Source of the DNA: Alphaproteobacteria bacterium
Lineage (GTDB): Bacteria; Pseudomonadota; Alphaproteobacteria; GCA-2731375
Direction: 5' to 3'
NCBI GenBank assembly: GCA_965232515.1
Contig: CBDDPY010000002.1
Span: 5,376,001-5,440,000 of the forward strand
DNA length: 64,000 nt
Within the stretch, counting starts at the first letter, position 1; every line of letters starts with the position of its first letter. The position numbers and the translations under genes were made by a program. The notes beneath the pieces are model-generated. The model was given only the letters and a program-made list of their open reading frames with translations. It did no database searches and was not told where the DNA came from. Shown here piece by piece: positions 48,267-58,528 of this stretch.

Positions 48267-49211
48267 CTATAGCTGTTTCAGGATCCAGTCCTGCACCAGC
48301 GTGGCCAGCGCGTCGCTGTTGTCGTCCATCATGAGCATGTGCGAGTTGCCGGTGATGTCGTGTTCTGCGAGTGCCAGGTATTCCGATTTGGCGCCGCGTT
48401 CTGCCAACGCTGTGGCCGTTTCGCGGATACGCGCCGTCAGGTCGACCCATAGCGGCGTCGCATCGAGATAGTCGCCCATCAGGAACAGGAACGACCGGCC
48501 GTCGACGTCGAGGCCCTCGATGTTCTCGGGCAGGCCCGAGGGTTCGGCGAAGACGGCGACGGGCACGTGCTCGGGCATGTCGAGCACGGCCTTCTGGGCC
48601 AGATCGCCGCCTTGGCTGTGGCCGATCACCACGCAGCGGCCGATCCGCGCGATCGCCGCTTTCAAGGCCGCGACCTGCAGCGGCGGCGTGCTGGTCCAGC
48701 GCGGCACATGACGCGCGTTCATCGCTTCGAAAGCGGCAAGCGGGAAGCGCTGGCCGGGAAACGGCGTCCGGCTGTCGTAGTTTTCGGCGGCGCCGATGCG
48801 GTAGAGCCACCAGGCCTCCTGCCAGGAGCGGATCACCGGCTTGCCCGGCCATTCATCGTCGAGCGCACACCAGCCGGCGCGGCCGCGTTCGACGTTGTCG
48901 ATGACATAGACGGCGAAACCGGCGCGCAGGAAGTGATGCAGCCAGCCCGGCCGCCCGTCGGGCGTGGTCTCCCAGGACGCGCCGGTCAGGCCGCCGCCGT
49001 GCTGCAGCAGCACCGGCAGGTCCGAGACGCGCTTCGCCGGAATGAAATACTGCACATAGGCCTGCTCGACGGTGAAATCGCCGTTCGGGTCGTAGGCGAA
49101 GTCGGGCAGGTCCTGCGTCACCCAGATATGCTCGATGTCGCGCCCGCGCACCTCGACATCGCGGCCGCCGACGTAGAAGCTGCCCATGTCTTCCAGAACG
49201 ATGTTCGTCAC
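48267..49211 (-). CDS. Alpha/beta hydrolase (esterase)
   Basis: HGGGLTG, WETTPDGRPGW, GHSQG, GNSHMLM. GTG start with RBS GGGAGG. Confidence 0.85.
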   Translation of the reverse strand: MTNIVLEDMGSFYVGGRDVEVRGRDIEHIWVTQDLPDFAYDPNGDFTVEQAYVQYFIPAKRVSDLPVLLQHGGGLTGASWETTPDGRPGWLHHFLRAGFAVYVIDNVERGRAGWCALDDEWPGKPVIRSWQEAWWLYRIGAAENYDSRTPFPGQRFPLAAFEAMNARHVPRWTSTPPLQVAALKAAIARIGRCVVIGHSQGGDLAQKAVLDMPEHVPVAVFAEPSGLPENIEGLDVDGRSFLFLMGDYLDATPLWVDLTARIRETATALAERGAKSEYLALAEHDITGNSHMLMMDDNSDALATLVQDWILKQL

Positions 49212-49312
49212 CGCCGAACCTCCCATTGCCGTGGGCGGCCAACCTATCTCGAACGCCAGCCCGGCGACAGGCGGCGTTTGCGGCGAACGCGGGCGAGAGG
49301 CATACTGAGCCG

Positions 49313-50455
49313 ATGGCGGCAGGCACGACATCGGACCGGCGCGACACGTTTGTGGCCGCGCACACCGCCGCGGACGATTGGCGCACGGCCAGCGCCGAGT
49401 GCCTTGCTCAGCTCGGTCAAACCAAAAGCCGCGCCAATATCGGTTTTCTCTATGTTTCCGACCGGCTGGCCGACAACTACGGCGATATTCTGGAGTTCCT
49501 GGGCGCCCGCACCGGGGTCAAGAGCTGGGTCGGCACGGTGGGCATCGGCGTCTGCGCGACGGGCACGGAATACTTCGACCGGCCGGCGGTGACGGCGATG
49601 ATCGGCGAGTTGCCGGACGACGGCTTCGCGCTGTTCGACTCCAGCGGCGAGGACCTGGTCGAGATCATTCGCCAGAACCGGGCCCTGTTGGCGCGCGGCG
49701 ACAGCACCTTCGGCGTCGTGCATCTCGACCCGCAGAACCAGGAAGCCTTCAGCCTGATCCCGGTTTTTGCCGAGGCAGCGAACGGCTTCCTCGTCGGCGC
49801 ATTGACCTCGTCGCGCGGCGCCGCGGTGCAGGCGGCGGGCAGCGTCACCGGCGGCGGCATGTCGGGCGTGCTGATGGCCGGCGACATCGCCGTCGCCACG
49901 GGTCTGACGCAAGGCTGCAGCCCGATCGGCACGCCGCACGAGGTTACGGCGGCCGAGGGGAACGTCGTCATCGAGCTCGACGGCCGGCCGGCGTTAGATG
50001 TCTTCAAGCAGGATATCGGCGAGCTGCTGGCCCGCGATCTGCGAAAGGTGGCGGGCTATATCTTCGCCGCGATGCCGGTGGCCGGCACCGATTGGGGCGA
50101 CTATCTGGTGCGTAACCTGACCGGCATCGACGAGCAGCAGGGCCTGGTTGCCATCGCCGACCGGGTCGAGAGCGGCCAGTCGCTGATGTTTTGCCGTCGC
50201 GACCGCGAGGCGGCGGAAAAAGACCTGCGCCGTATGCTCGCCAATCTGAAAAGCCGGATCGACCGGCCGCCGCGCGGCGCGCTCTACCACACCTGCCTGG
50301 CGCGCGGCCCGAACATGTTCGAGGGCGAGTCGGCCGAGCTCGGCATCATCGCCGAGGAGCTCGGCGACGTGCCATTGGTCGGGTTCTTCGGCAACGGCGA
50401 AATCTCCAACAACCGCCTCTACGCCTACACCGGCGTCCTGACGTTGTTCCTTTAG
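49313..50455 (+). CDS. FIST N/C domain signal transduction protein
   Basis: TQGCSPIG, ELDGRPA, YLVRNL, CLARG, PLVGFFGNGEI, LYAYT. Confidence 0.9.
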   Translation: MAAGTTSDRRDTFVAAHTAADDWRTASAECLAQLGQTKSRANIGFLYVSDRLADNYGDILEFLGARTGVKSWVGTVGIGVCATGTEYFDRPAVTAMIGELPDDGFALFDSSGEDLVEIIRQNRALLARGDSTFGVVHLDPQNQEAFSLIPVFAEAANGFLVGALTSSRGAAVQAAGSVTGGGMSGVLMAGDIAVATGLTQGCSPIGTPHEVTAAEGNVVIELDGRPALDVFKQDIGELLARDLRKVAGYIFAAMPVAGTDWGDYLVRNLTGIDEQQGLVAIADRVESGQSLMFCRRDREAAEKDLRRMLANLKSRIDRPPRGALYHTCLARGPNMFEGESAELGIIAEELGDVPLVGFFGNGEISNNRLYAYTGVLTLFL

Positions 50456-51297
50456 GGCATCGTCGGTCGGCGCAGCGCGTCGACGATGGCGAGGTAGCCG
50501 GGGTCATCGGGACCGATCAGGCCGTGGCGGATGAAGAAGTCGATCAGCGTCAGGTTGATGTTGAACTTGAAGTCCGTCGTCGTGCGCACGGTCTCCATCA
50601 CCCGGTCGACCGGCCAGAGCATGAACTCGGCGACCTCGCCGTCGGAATTCTGCGGCCGGAAGTCGGCCGGCAGCTCCAGGTCGAAGGTGAATTCGACGTC
50701 CGGCTCCAAGCCGGCCGGCGTTTCGCGGCAGCAGGCGACGGTGCCCACGGGTCGCGCCATTGCGATCAGCTCCGGGGCGACGCCGGCCTCCTCTCGGGCC
50801 TCCTTCATCAAATTTTCCATGACGCCGATGCCGACGGGCTGGCCGCCGCCGATCATGGAATCGAGCTTGCCGGGATCGGTTTGCTTGTCGGCGCTGCGCC
50901 GCGCGACCCAGAGCGACAGGCCGTCCGCCGCTCGGACATAGCCGTTGACCTGCACGCCATAGGCCGTGAAGCCGAAATGCGGCGCGGCCGCGCGTTCGAT
51001 GCCGAGCAGCGACTCCGCGTCGAAAGCCGTCGCCACCGGATACATCTCGTCGCGCCAGCCCGGCAGGTCGAACTGCCGCAGCACCGTGTCGACCGCGGCC
51101 GTCCGGGCGGCATAGTCCGTCAGGTCGGGCGAGAGGCGAACGCCGCCGGCATCGACCGTGAACACATCCGCATGACCGGCGAGCCGCTCGGCGAAGGCCG
51201 GCCGGATCCAGCCGACCCTGTTGTCGCCGACCGCGAACGGCCGGAAGCCGCTCAGGTCGTAGCGGTTGGCCTCGGCGATCCGGTCGAGGAAGCTCAA
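50452..51297 (-). CDS. DUF4743-NUDIX protein (Tnr3/NUDT20-like)
   Basis: GWRDEMY, ERAAAPHFG, GVQVNGY, LWVARRS, KEAREEAG, DGEVAEF, FKFN. The TTG start overlaps the upstream stop. Confidence 0.85.
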   Translation of the reverse strand: MSFLDRIAEANRYDLSGFRPFAVGDNRVGWIRPAFAERLAGHADVFTVDAGGVRLSPDLTDYAARTAAVDTVLRQFDLPGWRDEMYPVATAFDAESLLGIERAAAPHFGFTAYGVQVNGYVRAADGLSLWVARRSADKQTDPGKLDSMIGGGQPVGIGVMENLMKEAREEAGVAPELIAMARPVGTVACCRETPAGLEPDVEFTFDLELPADFRPQNSDGEVAEFMLWPVDRVMETVRTTTDFKFNINLTLIDFFIRHGLIGPDDPGYLAIVDALRRPTMP

Positions 51298-53048
51298 GCG
51301 ATCCGGTCGCCCTTCTTGGCTTGCACGGCCCGGTTGTCGACGCCGGGCAGCATCTTGGTCGGATCGCGCGTGACCACGACGTCGATGATCGTCGGCAGGT
51401 TGCGCTCGGCCATGCCGTCGCGCAGCGCGCCGGCCAGCGCCCCCGGTTCCTCGACCCGGATGCCGTGGCAGCCGAAGGCGTTGGCGATCTCGGCATAGTT
51501 CAGTTCGTTCAGGTCGCTCGACTGGAACTGGCCGCCGAACAGCGCCTGCTGCAACGCCTTCACGTAGCCCGAGGCGGCGTTGTTGACGATGATCAGCGTG
51601 AAGGCGGTGCCCAGACGCTTCGCCGTCTCCATCTCGCCCATCACCATGTTGAAGCCGGCGTCGCCCGTCAGCCCGACCACCGGCCGGTCCGGCGCCGCGA
51701 GCTGCGCGCCCATGGAGCCCGGCATGCCGTAGCCGATCGAGGCGAAGCCGCGATTGGCGATGATGCCGCGTCCGGCCCGCTTGGTGTCGTAGAGCAGGCC
51801 GGTCCAGTGCGCCGCGAAGCCGCCGTCGGTGACGACGATGGCGTCCTCCGGCAGTTCGTTGTTCAGCTCCTGGCACATCCGGGCCATGTTGACCGGCGTC
51901 TCGTCGGAGGTCAGCCGCGGCGTCACTTCCTCGCGCCACGTCGCCATGCGGGACCCGACCTCGGCGGCATAGTCGGCGCGGGCCTGGCGCGCGCCGGCCG
52001 AGCCGTCCGACAGCTCGGCGTGCAGGTCTGATATGCCGGCGCCGACGTCGCCCCACAGCGCCACATCGGTTCGGGCGCAGCGGCCGATCTCCTCGGCGAC
52101 GATGTCGAGATGGATCAGCGGCACGTCCTGCGGCGGCAGGGTGTAGCGCTTGGTGGCGATTTCGCCCAGCTTGCAGCCAACCACGAGAATACAGTCGGCC
52201 GCCTCCAGCAGGTCGTTGGCGATGCGCGAATAGCGGCCGAACAGGCCGGCCGACAGCGGGTGCGTGCAGGGGATGGCGCCCTTGCCGCTCATGGTGTGCG
52301 CGACCGGAATGGCGAAGACGTCGGCGAAGCCGGTCAGCACTTCCTGCGCGCCGCTTAGGTGGACACCGCCGCCGGCAAGGATGACCGGCCGCTTGGCGCC
52401 GGCCAGCAGCTCGGCCGCGCGCTTGACCTCGGCGGCGTCGGGCCGAATGCGGCGGGCCGGGATCGAGATCGTCGCCGGATCGGCGTAGAGATCGTCCTCG
52501 GGGAAGTCGAACTCGCCATGGGCGATGTCTTCCGGCACGTCCAGCAGTACGGGGCCCGGCCGGCCCGACGTCGCCACGGCATAGGCGCGGCGGACATGTT
52601 CCGGAATGCGCTGGATACGTTCGACACGGATCACTTCCTTGACGGTGGGCGCCAGGATCTCGGTCTGCCGCGCCTCTTGCGTCATGTTCTTCCAGGAATA
52701 GTCGCGGTTGGTGTTGCCGGCGAACGCGATCATCGGCACGCCGGCATTCAGCGACTCGACGAGACCCGTCGTCAGGTTGGTGGCGCCCGGCCCGAGCGTG
52801 CCGTCGCACAGGCCCGGCCGGCCGGTGATCCGCGCCCAGGCGTCCGCGGCGAAGGCGCCGCAGCGCTCGTCGTTGATCAGGGTGTGGCTGAGGCCGACCT
52901 GACCGACGGCGTGATAGAACGGCAGCAGTTGAAAGCCGCCCATGCCGAACATCGGCGCGGCCTCGTGCAGCTTCAGCATTTCGGCCAGCGCCCGCCCGCC
53001 GCTCATATTGCGGTGGGGACGGTTCGAAAGGGCGGGGGCGTCAGACAT
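51294..53048 (-). CDS. Thiamine-diphosphate-dependent enzyme (acetolactate synthase large subunit-like)
   Basis: NDE, GPGATN, GRPGPVLLDVP, GDAGFNM..NN ThDP motif. Confidence 0.9.
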   Translation of the reverse strand: MSDAPALSNRPHRNMSGGRALAEMLKLHEAAPMFGMGGFQLLPFYHAVGQVGLSHTLINDERCGAFAADAWARITGRPGLCDGTLGPGATNLTTGLVESLNAGVPMIAFAGNTNRDYSWKNMTQEARQTEILAPTVKEVIRVERIQRIPEHVRRAYAVATSGRPGPVLLDVPEDIAHGEFDFPEDDLYADPATISIPARRIRPDAAEVKRAAELLAGAKRPVILAGGGVHLSGAQEVLTGFADVFAIPVAHTMSGKGAIPCTHPLSAGLFGRYSRIANDLLEAADCILVVGCKLGEIATKRYTLPPQDVPLIHLDIVAEEIGRCARTDVALWGDVGAGISDLHAELSDGSAGARQARADYAAEVGSRMATWREEVTPRLTSDETPVNMARMCQELNNELPEDAIVVTDGGFAAHWTGLLYDTKRAGRGIIANRGFASIGYGMPGSMGAQLAAPDRPVVGLTGDAGFNMVMGEMETAKRLGTAFTLIIVNNAASGYVKALQQALFGGQFQSSDLNELNYAEIANAFGCHGIRVEEPGALAGALRDGMAERNLPTIIDVVVTRDPTKMLPGVDNRAVQAKKGDRIA

Positions 53049-53883
53049 CGTTGGGGGCTCCTTGACCGGTTACATGGCGGATCACGCGATCCGCGAACGC
53101 TTTTGTTGTCATGCCGACCGCGGCGCCCATGGCCGCGGCGGTGTCGTTGATATGGCTGATGACGCCGGTTTCCCAGACCGAGCGCGCATCGCCGATGCGG
53201 GCGGTGTTGCAATCGACCGTGGCGCCGGCGATGCCGCGCGCGTCCATGACCGGCAGCCGGGTGATGCCGACGCCGTCCTTGCCGACGCCCGCGTCCGAGA
53301 ACACGGCGGCCAGCGCGTCGACCTTGATGGCGGTCTTGGGATCGCCACCCAGCAGGCCGCCGTGGCTGGCGGCAATGACGATCTGGCCGGCGTCATCGGC
53401 GCGCACCAGCGAGACGGAGTCGATGCCCCAGACCTCGGGGCCGCCATCGCTGTCGCGCAGCAGGAAGCGGGACTCCTCGTAAACCGGCGGCTCGCCCTTC
53501 GGCGCTTTCGCGGCCAGCATGGCGCGGGCGCAGTCCATCGCGGATTGGCCGGCTTGGCAGCCGACCCCGGCGGCGGTCTCGTTCACCCGGCTGATCCGGC
53601 CGTTCGCCGCCATGTCGTCGCCGTCGCCAATCCGGGCCGACCGGCAGTCGATGGTGGCGGCCGCGATGCCGATGGCATCCAGGAACGTCAGCGAGCCGCA
53701 GCCCGCCTCGTCCTTGCCGATGCCGGCATCGTTGAGGATCACCGCCCGGGCGCCGGCCTTGGCGGCGAGATAGCCGGCATAGACGCCGCCATGGCTGCCG
53801 CCGATCAGCACCTTGCCGCGATGCTCGGGCCCCAGCTTGGTGACGCTGTCGGCGATGGCGATATCGGGATGGCTCTCGGTCAT
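53041..53883 (-). CDS. Conserved hypothetical protein with internal domain duplication
   Basis: Two copies of DSV..SHGG..DAG.GKD..G..LD..GI..AT.DC..ARIGD..G.IS..N. Confidence 0.8.
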   Translation of the reverse strand: MTESHPDIAIADSVTKLGPEHRGKVLIGGSHGGVYAGYLAAKAGARAVILNDAGIGKDEAGCGSLTFLDAIGIAAATIDCRSARIGDGDDMAANGRISRVNETAAGVGCQAGQSAMDCARAMLAAKAPKGEPPVYEESRFLLRDSDGGPEVWGIDSVSLVRADDAGQIVIAASHGGLLGGDPKTAIKVDALAAVFSDAGVGKDGVGITRLPVMDARGIAGATVDCNTARIGDARSVWETGVISHINDTAAAMGAAVGMTTKAFADRVIRHVTGQGAPNDV

Positions 53884-53978
53884 GGTCGGCGGGGCGGTCT
53901 TCAATGGCGGGAGAAAACCTTATACAACATCGGCGGGGTAAGCCATCGGCCGGCGTTGTCGATCGGTCGTGATTTGGT

Positions 53979-54980
53979 ATGGGAGGACGCGTTTTGGCCG
54001 AACGGCATCATAATGTCGACGTCGATCGACTGACCCGGCACTACCAGGCGATGTGCCGCATCCGGGCCTTCGAGACCGCGGCGGAGCAGGCCCAGGCCGA
54101 CGGAAAGGTCGGCGGCGCCATTCACCTGTCGATTGGCCAGGAGGCCATCGCCGCCGGGGTCTGCGGCAACCTGCGCACCTCGGACCAGATCACCACCACG
54201 CACCGCGGCCACGGCCACTGCATCGCCAAGGGCACCGATCCGGAAGCGATGATGCTGGAGCTGTTCGGCCGCGACGGCGGCACCTGCGGCGGCAAGGGCG
54301 GCTCCATGCATATCGCCGATTTCTCGGTCGGCATGCTGGGCGCCAACGGCGTTGTCGCCGCCGGTATTCCCATCGCCGTCGGCGCCGCGCACGGCGCCAA
54401 GTTGAAGGGCGAGGACAAGGTCGTGGTCTGCTTTTTCGGCGACGGCGCGGTCAACCGGGGACCGTTTCTGGAAGGGCTGAACTGGGCCAAGGTCTTCGAT
54501 CTGCCAGTGCTGTTCGTCTGTGAGGCGAATTCCTTTGCCTCGACGACCCGCAGCGAGGACGTCACGGCCGGTCCCGGGCCGTCGGCGCGAGCCGAGAGCC
54601 TGGGGATCGAGGCGTTCGATGTGGACGGCAACGACATCGTCGCCGTCGACGATCTCGCCGGCGAGCTCGTGCGCCGCATTCGGGCGGGCGAGGGGCCGAA
54701 ATTCGTCACCGCCCGGACCTACCGGTTGAAAGGTCATACCGCGTCCGATACCGCGCCCTACCGTGAGGCGGCCGAGGTCGAGGCCCGCTGGCAGGAGGAT
54801 CCCATCGCCCGTTGCGCGGCGCTGTTGGCCGATGCCGGCGTGTCGGCGGCCGAGCTGGCGACGATCCGCTCGGACGCCGACGCCGAGATGGCGGCGGCGG
54901 TCGGGACGGCCGAAGCCGCGCCATACCCGCCGATCGCGCACGCCTTCGACGATATCCAGGACGTGGGGGCGCCGGCATGA
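53979..54980 (+). CDS. 2-oxoacid/acetoin dehydrogenase E1 alpha subunit
   Basis: HLSIGQEA, THRGHGH, GKGGSMH, FFGDGA, TYRLKGH. Confidence 0.92.
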   Translation: MGGRVLAERHHNVDVDRLTRHYQAMCRIRAFETAAEQAQADGKVGGAIHLSIGQEAIAAGVCGNLRTSDQITTTHRGHGHCIAKGTDPEAMMLELFGRDGGTCGGKGGSMHIADFSVGMLGANGVVAAGIPIAVGAAHGAKLKGEDKVVVCFFGDGAVNRGPFLEGLNWAKVFDLPVLFVCEANSFASTTRSEDVTAGPGPSARAESLGIEAFDVDGNDIVAVDDLAGELVRRIRAGEGPKFVTARTYRLKGHTASDTAPYREAAEVEARWQEDPIARCAALLADAGVSAAELATIRSDADAEMAAAVGTAEAAPYPPIAHAFDDIQDVGAPA

Positions 54981-55954
54981 GCGAGATGACCTATGCCGGC
55001 GCGGCGATGGCGGCGCTGGCCGAAGAAATGCGGCGCGATCCCGCCGTCTGGGCGCTGGGCGAGGATCTGGGGCGCGGCGGCGTCTTCGGTCAGTACAAGG
55101 GCCTGGCCGAGGAATTCGGCCATGACCGCATCGCCTCGACCCCGATTTCCGAGGCTACGATCATGGGCGCCGCGGTCGGCGCAGCCATGGTGGGCACCCG
55201 GCCCGTGGTCGAGATGCGGTTTTCCGACTTCGCGCTCTGCGCGGTCGACGAGATGGTGAACCAGGCCGCCAAGGCGCGGTTCATGTTCGGCGGCCAGGCC
55301 CGCGTGCCGGTGGTGATTCGTCAGCCAAGCGGCATGTGGCGGTCGTCGGCGGCCCAGCACTCGCAGTCGCTCGAGGCCTGGTATGTCCACATCCCGGGCC
55401 TGGTGGTGGTGACCCCGGCAACGCCAGCCGACAACAAGGGCCTGCTGACCGCGTCGATCCGTTGTGACGATCCGGTCATTTACATGGAGCACAAGGGGCT
55501 GTGGGGCGCGACCGGCGAGGTGCCGGACGATGCCGACTTCGAGGTGCCGTTGGGCAGCGCCCGAATCGCCCGCGCCGGCAGCGACATCACCGTGGTCGCC
55601 TGGTCGGCCATGGTGCATGAGGCGATGGCCGCGGCCGATCTTGCCGCCGAAATTGGGCTCGATATTGAGGTGATCGACCTGCGCACGCTCTGGCCCTGGG
55701 ACCGCGCGGCGGTGTGCCAGTCGGTGGCCAGGACCGGCCGGCTGATCGTTGCCCAGGAAGCCGTACAGGTCGGCGGATTCGGCGCCGAAATCGCGGCCAG
55801 CGTGGCCGAAGAGCTGGCTGGCGACCTGAAGACGCCGGTCCGGCGCATGGGTGCGCCGCGGGCGCCGATTTCCTATTCCAAGCCGCTGGAGGACCGGTTG
55901 CGCGTCACCGCGGCGCAAATTGCCGAAACCGCCAAGGAACTCTTGGCGGCTTAA
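54977..55954 (+). CDS. 2-oxoacid/acetoin dehydrogenase E1 beta subunit
   Basis: GED..RGGVF, TPISE, RPVVEMRF, AQHSQ, EVIDLRTL. ATGA coupling. Confidence 0.92.
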   Translation: MSEMTYAGAAMAALAEEMRRDPAVWALGEDLGRGGVFGQYKGLAEEFGHDRIASTPISEATIMGAAVGAAMVGTRPVVEMRFSDFALCAVDEMVNQAAKARFMFGGQARVPVVIRQPSGMWRSSAAQHSQSLEAWYVHIPGLVVVTPATPADNKGLLTASIRCDDPVIYMEHKGLWGATGEVPDDADFEVPLGSARIARAGSDITVVAWSAMVHEAMAAADLAAEIGLDIEVIDLRTLWPWDRAAVCQSVARTGRLIVAQEAVQVGGFGAEIAASVAEELAGDLKTPVRRMGAPRAPISYSKPLEDRLRVTAAQIAETAKELLAA

Positions 55955-56038
55955 CGATTTTGTTGGTTAATTGATCCACTTTACCGAATCGCCAGCGGCG
56001 CGTAGGTTGGAGCCCTACTTGCCGCCCTACTCTGGAGG

Positions 56039-57811
56039 ATGGCGATGAAACCGGGTCTACCCTGGAGCGTGAAGGGGGTCGAACCGGACGCGCGTGAAGC
56101 CGCCAAGGCGGCGGCGCGCCGTGACGGCGTGACGCTCGGCGTCTGGCTTAACCGCACGATCTATGCGAACAGCGCCGAGGATGCGGCGTCGTCTGAGAAC
56201 GCGGATGTATCGTCGAAGCCGGCGGCAGCGGCGCCGACCGCCGATCCGACGGCCGTTACCGCCGCCGATCTGCAGCGGCTCAACGCGCCGCTGATCGCCG
56301 CCGTCCGCAACATCGAGCAGGCGACCTCGCAACTGACCGATCGATTGACCGCGCTGGAGAAGTCCCAGCAGGAAATCACACTGGCGGCGATGCGCGATAT
56401 CGCCAGCGAAGCCGCCCGCGTGGCGGCGGAAGCGGTCGGCCAGCCGGCCGCCGAAAAGCCGGAGCGCGCGCCGGCGGCAAAGGAAGCCGCCCCCAAGGCG
56501 CCGCCACCGCCACCGCCGTCCCCGAGCCCGGCGCCCCGGCATCGCCCGCCCGCGAACGACGATGCCGAGGCCGCCAACGATGCGGCGAAAACGAAGGCTG
56601 GCGACAAAGACAAAAAACCGATGGTGGAACGGGCGGCGAAGGACCTGCCAATGCCCGTCGCGGCCGCCGAGGCCGAAGCGGAGACCGATAAGGATACGGA
56701 GAAGCCGGCGCGGCCATCCGCGATGCGCCGTTTTGCCGTCTGGACCTTCGCGACGGCCGTGCTGGTCGCGGCGCTGCTCTACGGCTACAACACGCTCTTC
56801 CCGGAATGGGCGGTACAGATCTGGCCGGCGCAGGAGCGCATGGCCGCGACCGACGCGCCGCCGGCGACGTCGTCCGCCCCACCGCCGCCGGCGACGACCG
56901 ACGAGAAGGTTGCCGACGTGCCGCCGCCGGCGCCCCTCGATACGGCGGAAAATGAAACGGCATCCGCCGACGCCACGCCGCTCGATCCCGAGGACGTGGC
57001 GCTCGCCAATTCTTACCGCAGCGAGGCCGAGGCCGGGTCGGCGATCGCACAATACAACCTCGCCAACCTCTATGCCGACGGCAAGGGCGTGCCGCAGGAC
57101 GACGACGAGGCGGCGAAATGGTACCTGGCGGCGGCCGAGCAGGATCTGCCGGAGGCGCAGTACAATCTCGGTGTGCTCTACCAGCTCGGCCGCGGCGTGC
57201 CGCAGGATTCGGCGCAGACGCTGCGCTGGTTCTTCAAGGCCGCCGACGAGGGCAACCATATCGGCGCCCAGCACGGCCTTGCCGTGATGTACGCCACCGG
57301 CCGTGGCGTCACACGCGACTACGCTCAGGCAGCGAAGTGGTTCAAGCGCGCCGCCGTCCAGGACCATATGGATTCGAAATACAATCTCGGCATCCTTTAC
57401 GCCCAGGGCCTGGGCGTGCAGGCCGACCCCAGCACCGCTTATGTCTGGTTCAGCCTCGCCGCCAAGCAGGGTGACGAGGAGGCCGGGCGGCGAAGTGACG
57501 ACCTGAAGGCGACGCTGGCCTCGGCCGATGTTGCAGCGGCCGACACGTTCGTCGACAACTGGCGGCCGGGGGCCGACGTCACGGCGGCCGCGCTCGCGCC
57601 GGCAGAACCGGAAGAGCCGACACGCGATGCGGTGCGGCAGGCGCAGCGTCTGCTGTCGCGGCTCGGCTTCGAGCCGGGTCCGGCCGACGGCGTTATCGGC
57701 TCGCGCACCGAGCGTTCGGTGCGCCAGTTCCAGGAGCGCGAGGGTCTGCCGACCGACGGCCGCATTTCGGCCACCCTGCTCGACCGCCTGAAGCAGGCCG
57801 CGGAAAGCTAG
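56039..57811 (+). CDS. PodJ-like polar localization protein (SEL1 repeats + peptidoglycan-binding domain)
   Basis: N-terminal PWSVKGVEPDAREAAK..ARRDG.TLG.WLN as in PodJ, one TM, four SEL1 repeats, C-terminal PGPADGVIG PG-binding domain. Confidence 0.82.
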   Translation: MAMKPGLPWSVKGVEPDAREAAKAAARRDGVTLGVWLNRTIYANSAEDAASSENADVSSKPAAAAPTADPTAVTAADLQRLNAPLIAAVRNIEQATSQLTDRLTALEKSQQEITLAAMRDIASEAARVAAEAVGQPAAEKPERAPAAKEAAPKAPPPPPPSPSPAPRHRPPANDDAEAANDAAKTKAGDKDKKPMVERAAKDLPMPVAAAEAEAETDKDTEKPARPSAMRRFAVWTFATAVLVAALLYGYNTLFPEWAVQIWPAQERMAATDAPPATSSAPPPPATTDEKVADVPPPAPLDTAENETASADATPLDPEDVALANSYRSEAEAGSAIAQYNLANLYADGKGVPQDDDEAAKWYLAAAEQDLPEAQYNLGVLYQLGRGVPQDSAQTLRWFFKAADEGNHIGAQHGLAVMYATGRGVTRDYAQAAKWFKRAAVQDHMDSKYNLGILYAQGLGVQADPSTAYVWFSLAAKQGDEEAGRRSDDLKATLASADVAAADTFVDNWRPGADVTAAALAPAEPEEPTRDAVRQAQRLLSRLGFEPGPADGVIGSRTERSVRQFQEREGLPTDGRISATLLDRLKQAAES

Positions 57812-58473
57812 ATTTCGACCAACCGTCGAGAGGCGACGCGGTGAATGGCGCCGCGGCCGAGCATGTGCGCGTGGAAAGCGCTGGGGAACAGCCCGTGAAA
57901 GGCCGTGTCGAGGACGTCGAGGCCGCCCGTGAAGGCGCCGAACGACGGCAGGATCAGGCGCAGGCCGTCGGTCACGAAGCAGCGCCGCACCATGCGCCGG
58001 CCGCGCACCCGCACCGCCGCCTTCGGGTGCAGATGCCCGGCCACTTCACCCGGCGCCGGGGCCGGCTGCGGCTCGTGCCGCAGCAGCAGCGGACCGCGGC
58101 GGTATTCCTCCAGCACCCGGCCGCCGAGATGCGCCGGCGGTTCGGGATCGTGATTGCCGGCGATCCAGATCCAGTCGCGGCCCTCGCGCAGGGCTTTGAG
58201 CCGAATCACGTCTTCCCGGGCCAGCCGCTCGCCGGCCCGGCGGTCGTGAAAGCTGTCGCCGAGACAGACGACGGTCTGGGGTTGGTGCCGTTCGATCAGA
58301 TCCGCGAGATCGTCCAACGTCGCCGGCGTGTCATAGGGCGGCAACGGCACGCCGCGCTCGGCATAGGCCGAGCCCTTCTCGAAATGCAGGTCGGCCGCGA
58401 TCAGCAGCGACTCCGCCGGCCAGAACAGGCCGCCGGACAGGTCGGGCTCAAGACGCGCGCCGTTGACGATCAT
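57808..58473 (-). CDS. pdeM: Ligase-associated DNA damage response metallophosphoesterase
   Basis: ADLHFEKG, PPYDT, LGDSFHD, GNHD, GHLHP, PSFGAFTGG. Confidence 0.9.
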   Translation of the reverse strand: MIVNGARLEPDLSGGLFWPAESLLIAADLHFEKGSAYAERGVPLPPYDTPATLDDLADLIERHQPQTVVCLGDSFHDRRAGERLAREDVIRLKALREGRDWIWIAGNHDPEPPAHLGGRVLEEYRRGPLLLRHEPQPAPAPGEVAGHLHPKAAVRVRGRRMVRRCFVTDGLRLILPSFGAFTGGLDVLDTAFHGLFPSAFHAHMLGRGAIHRVASRRLVEI

Positions 58474-58528
58474 GGCGAATCTTCTAGCCGCGCCGTTTGG
58501 CGAGGGCAATGTTGTTCGAAAACGCTAA

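Noticed and set aside
50452-52809. 785-aa ORF, and similar extensions at 10507-11952, 23324-24454 and 44344-45762
   Set aside because: These are stop-poor alternate frames in high-GC DNA. The true starts overlap the upstream stop codons, so there is no need to invoke frameshifting or fusion.
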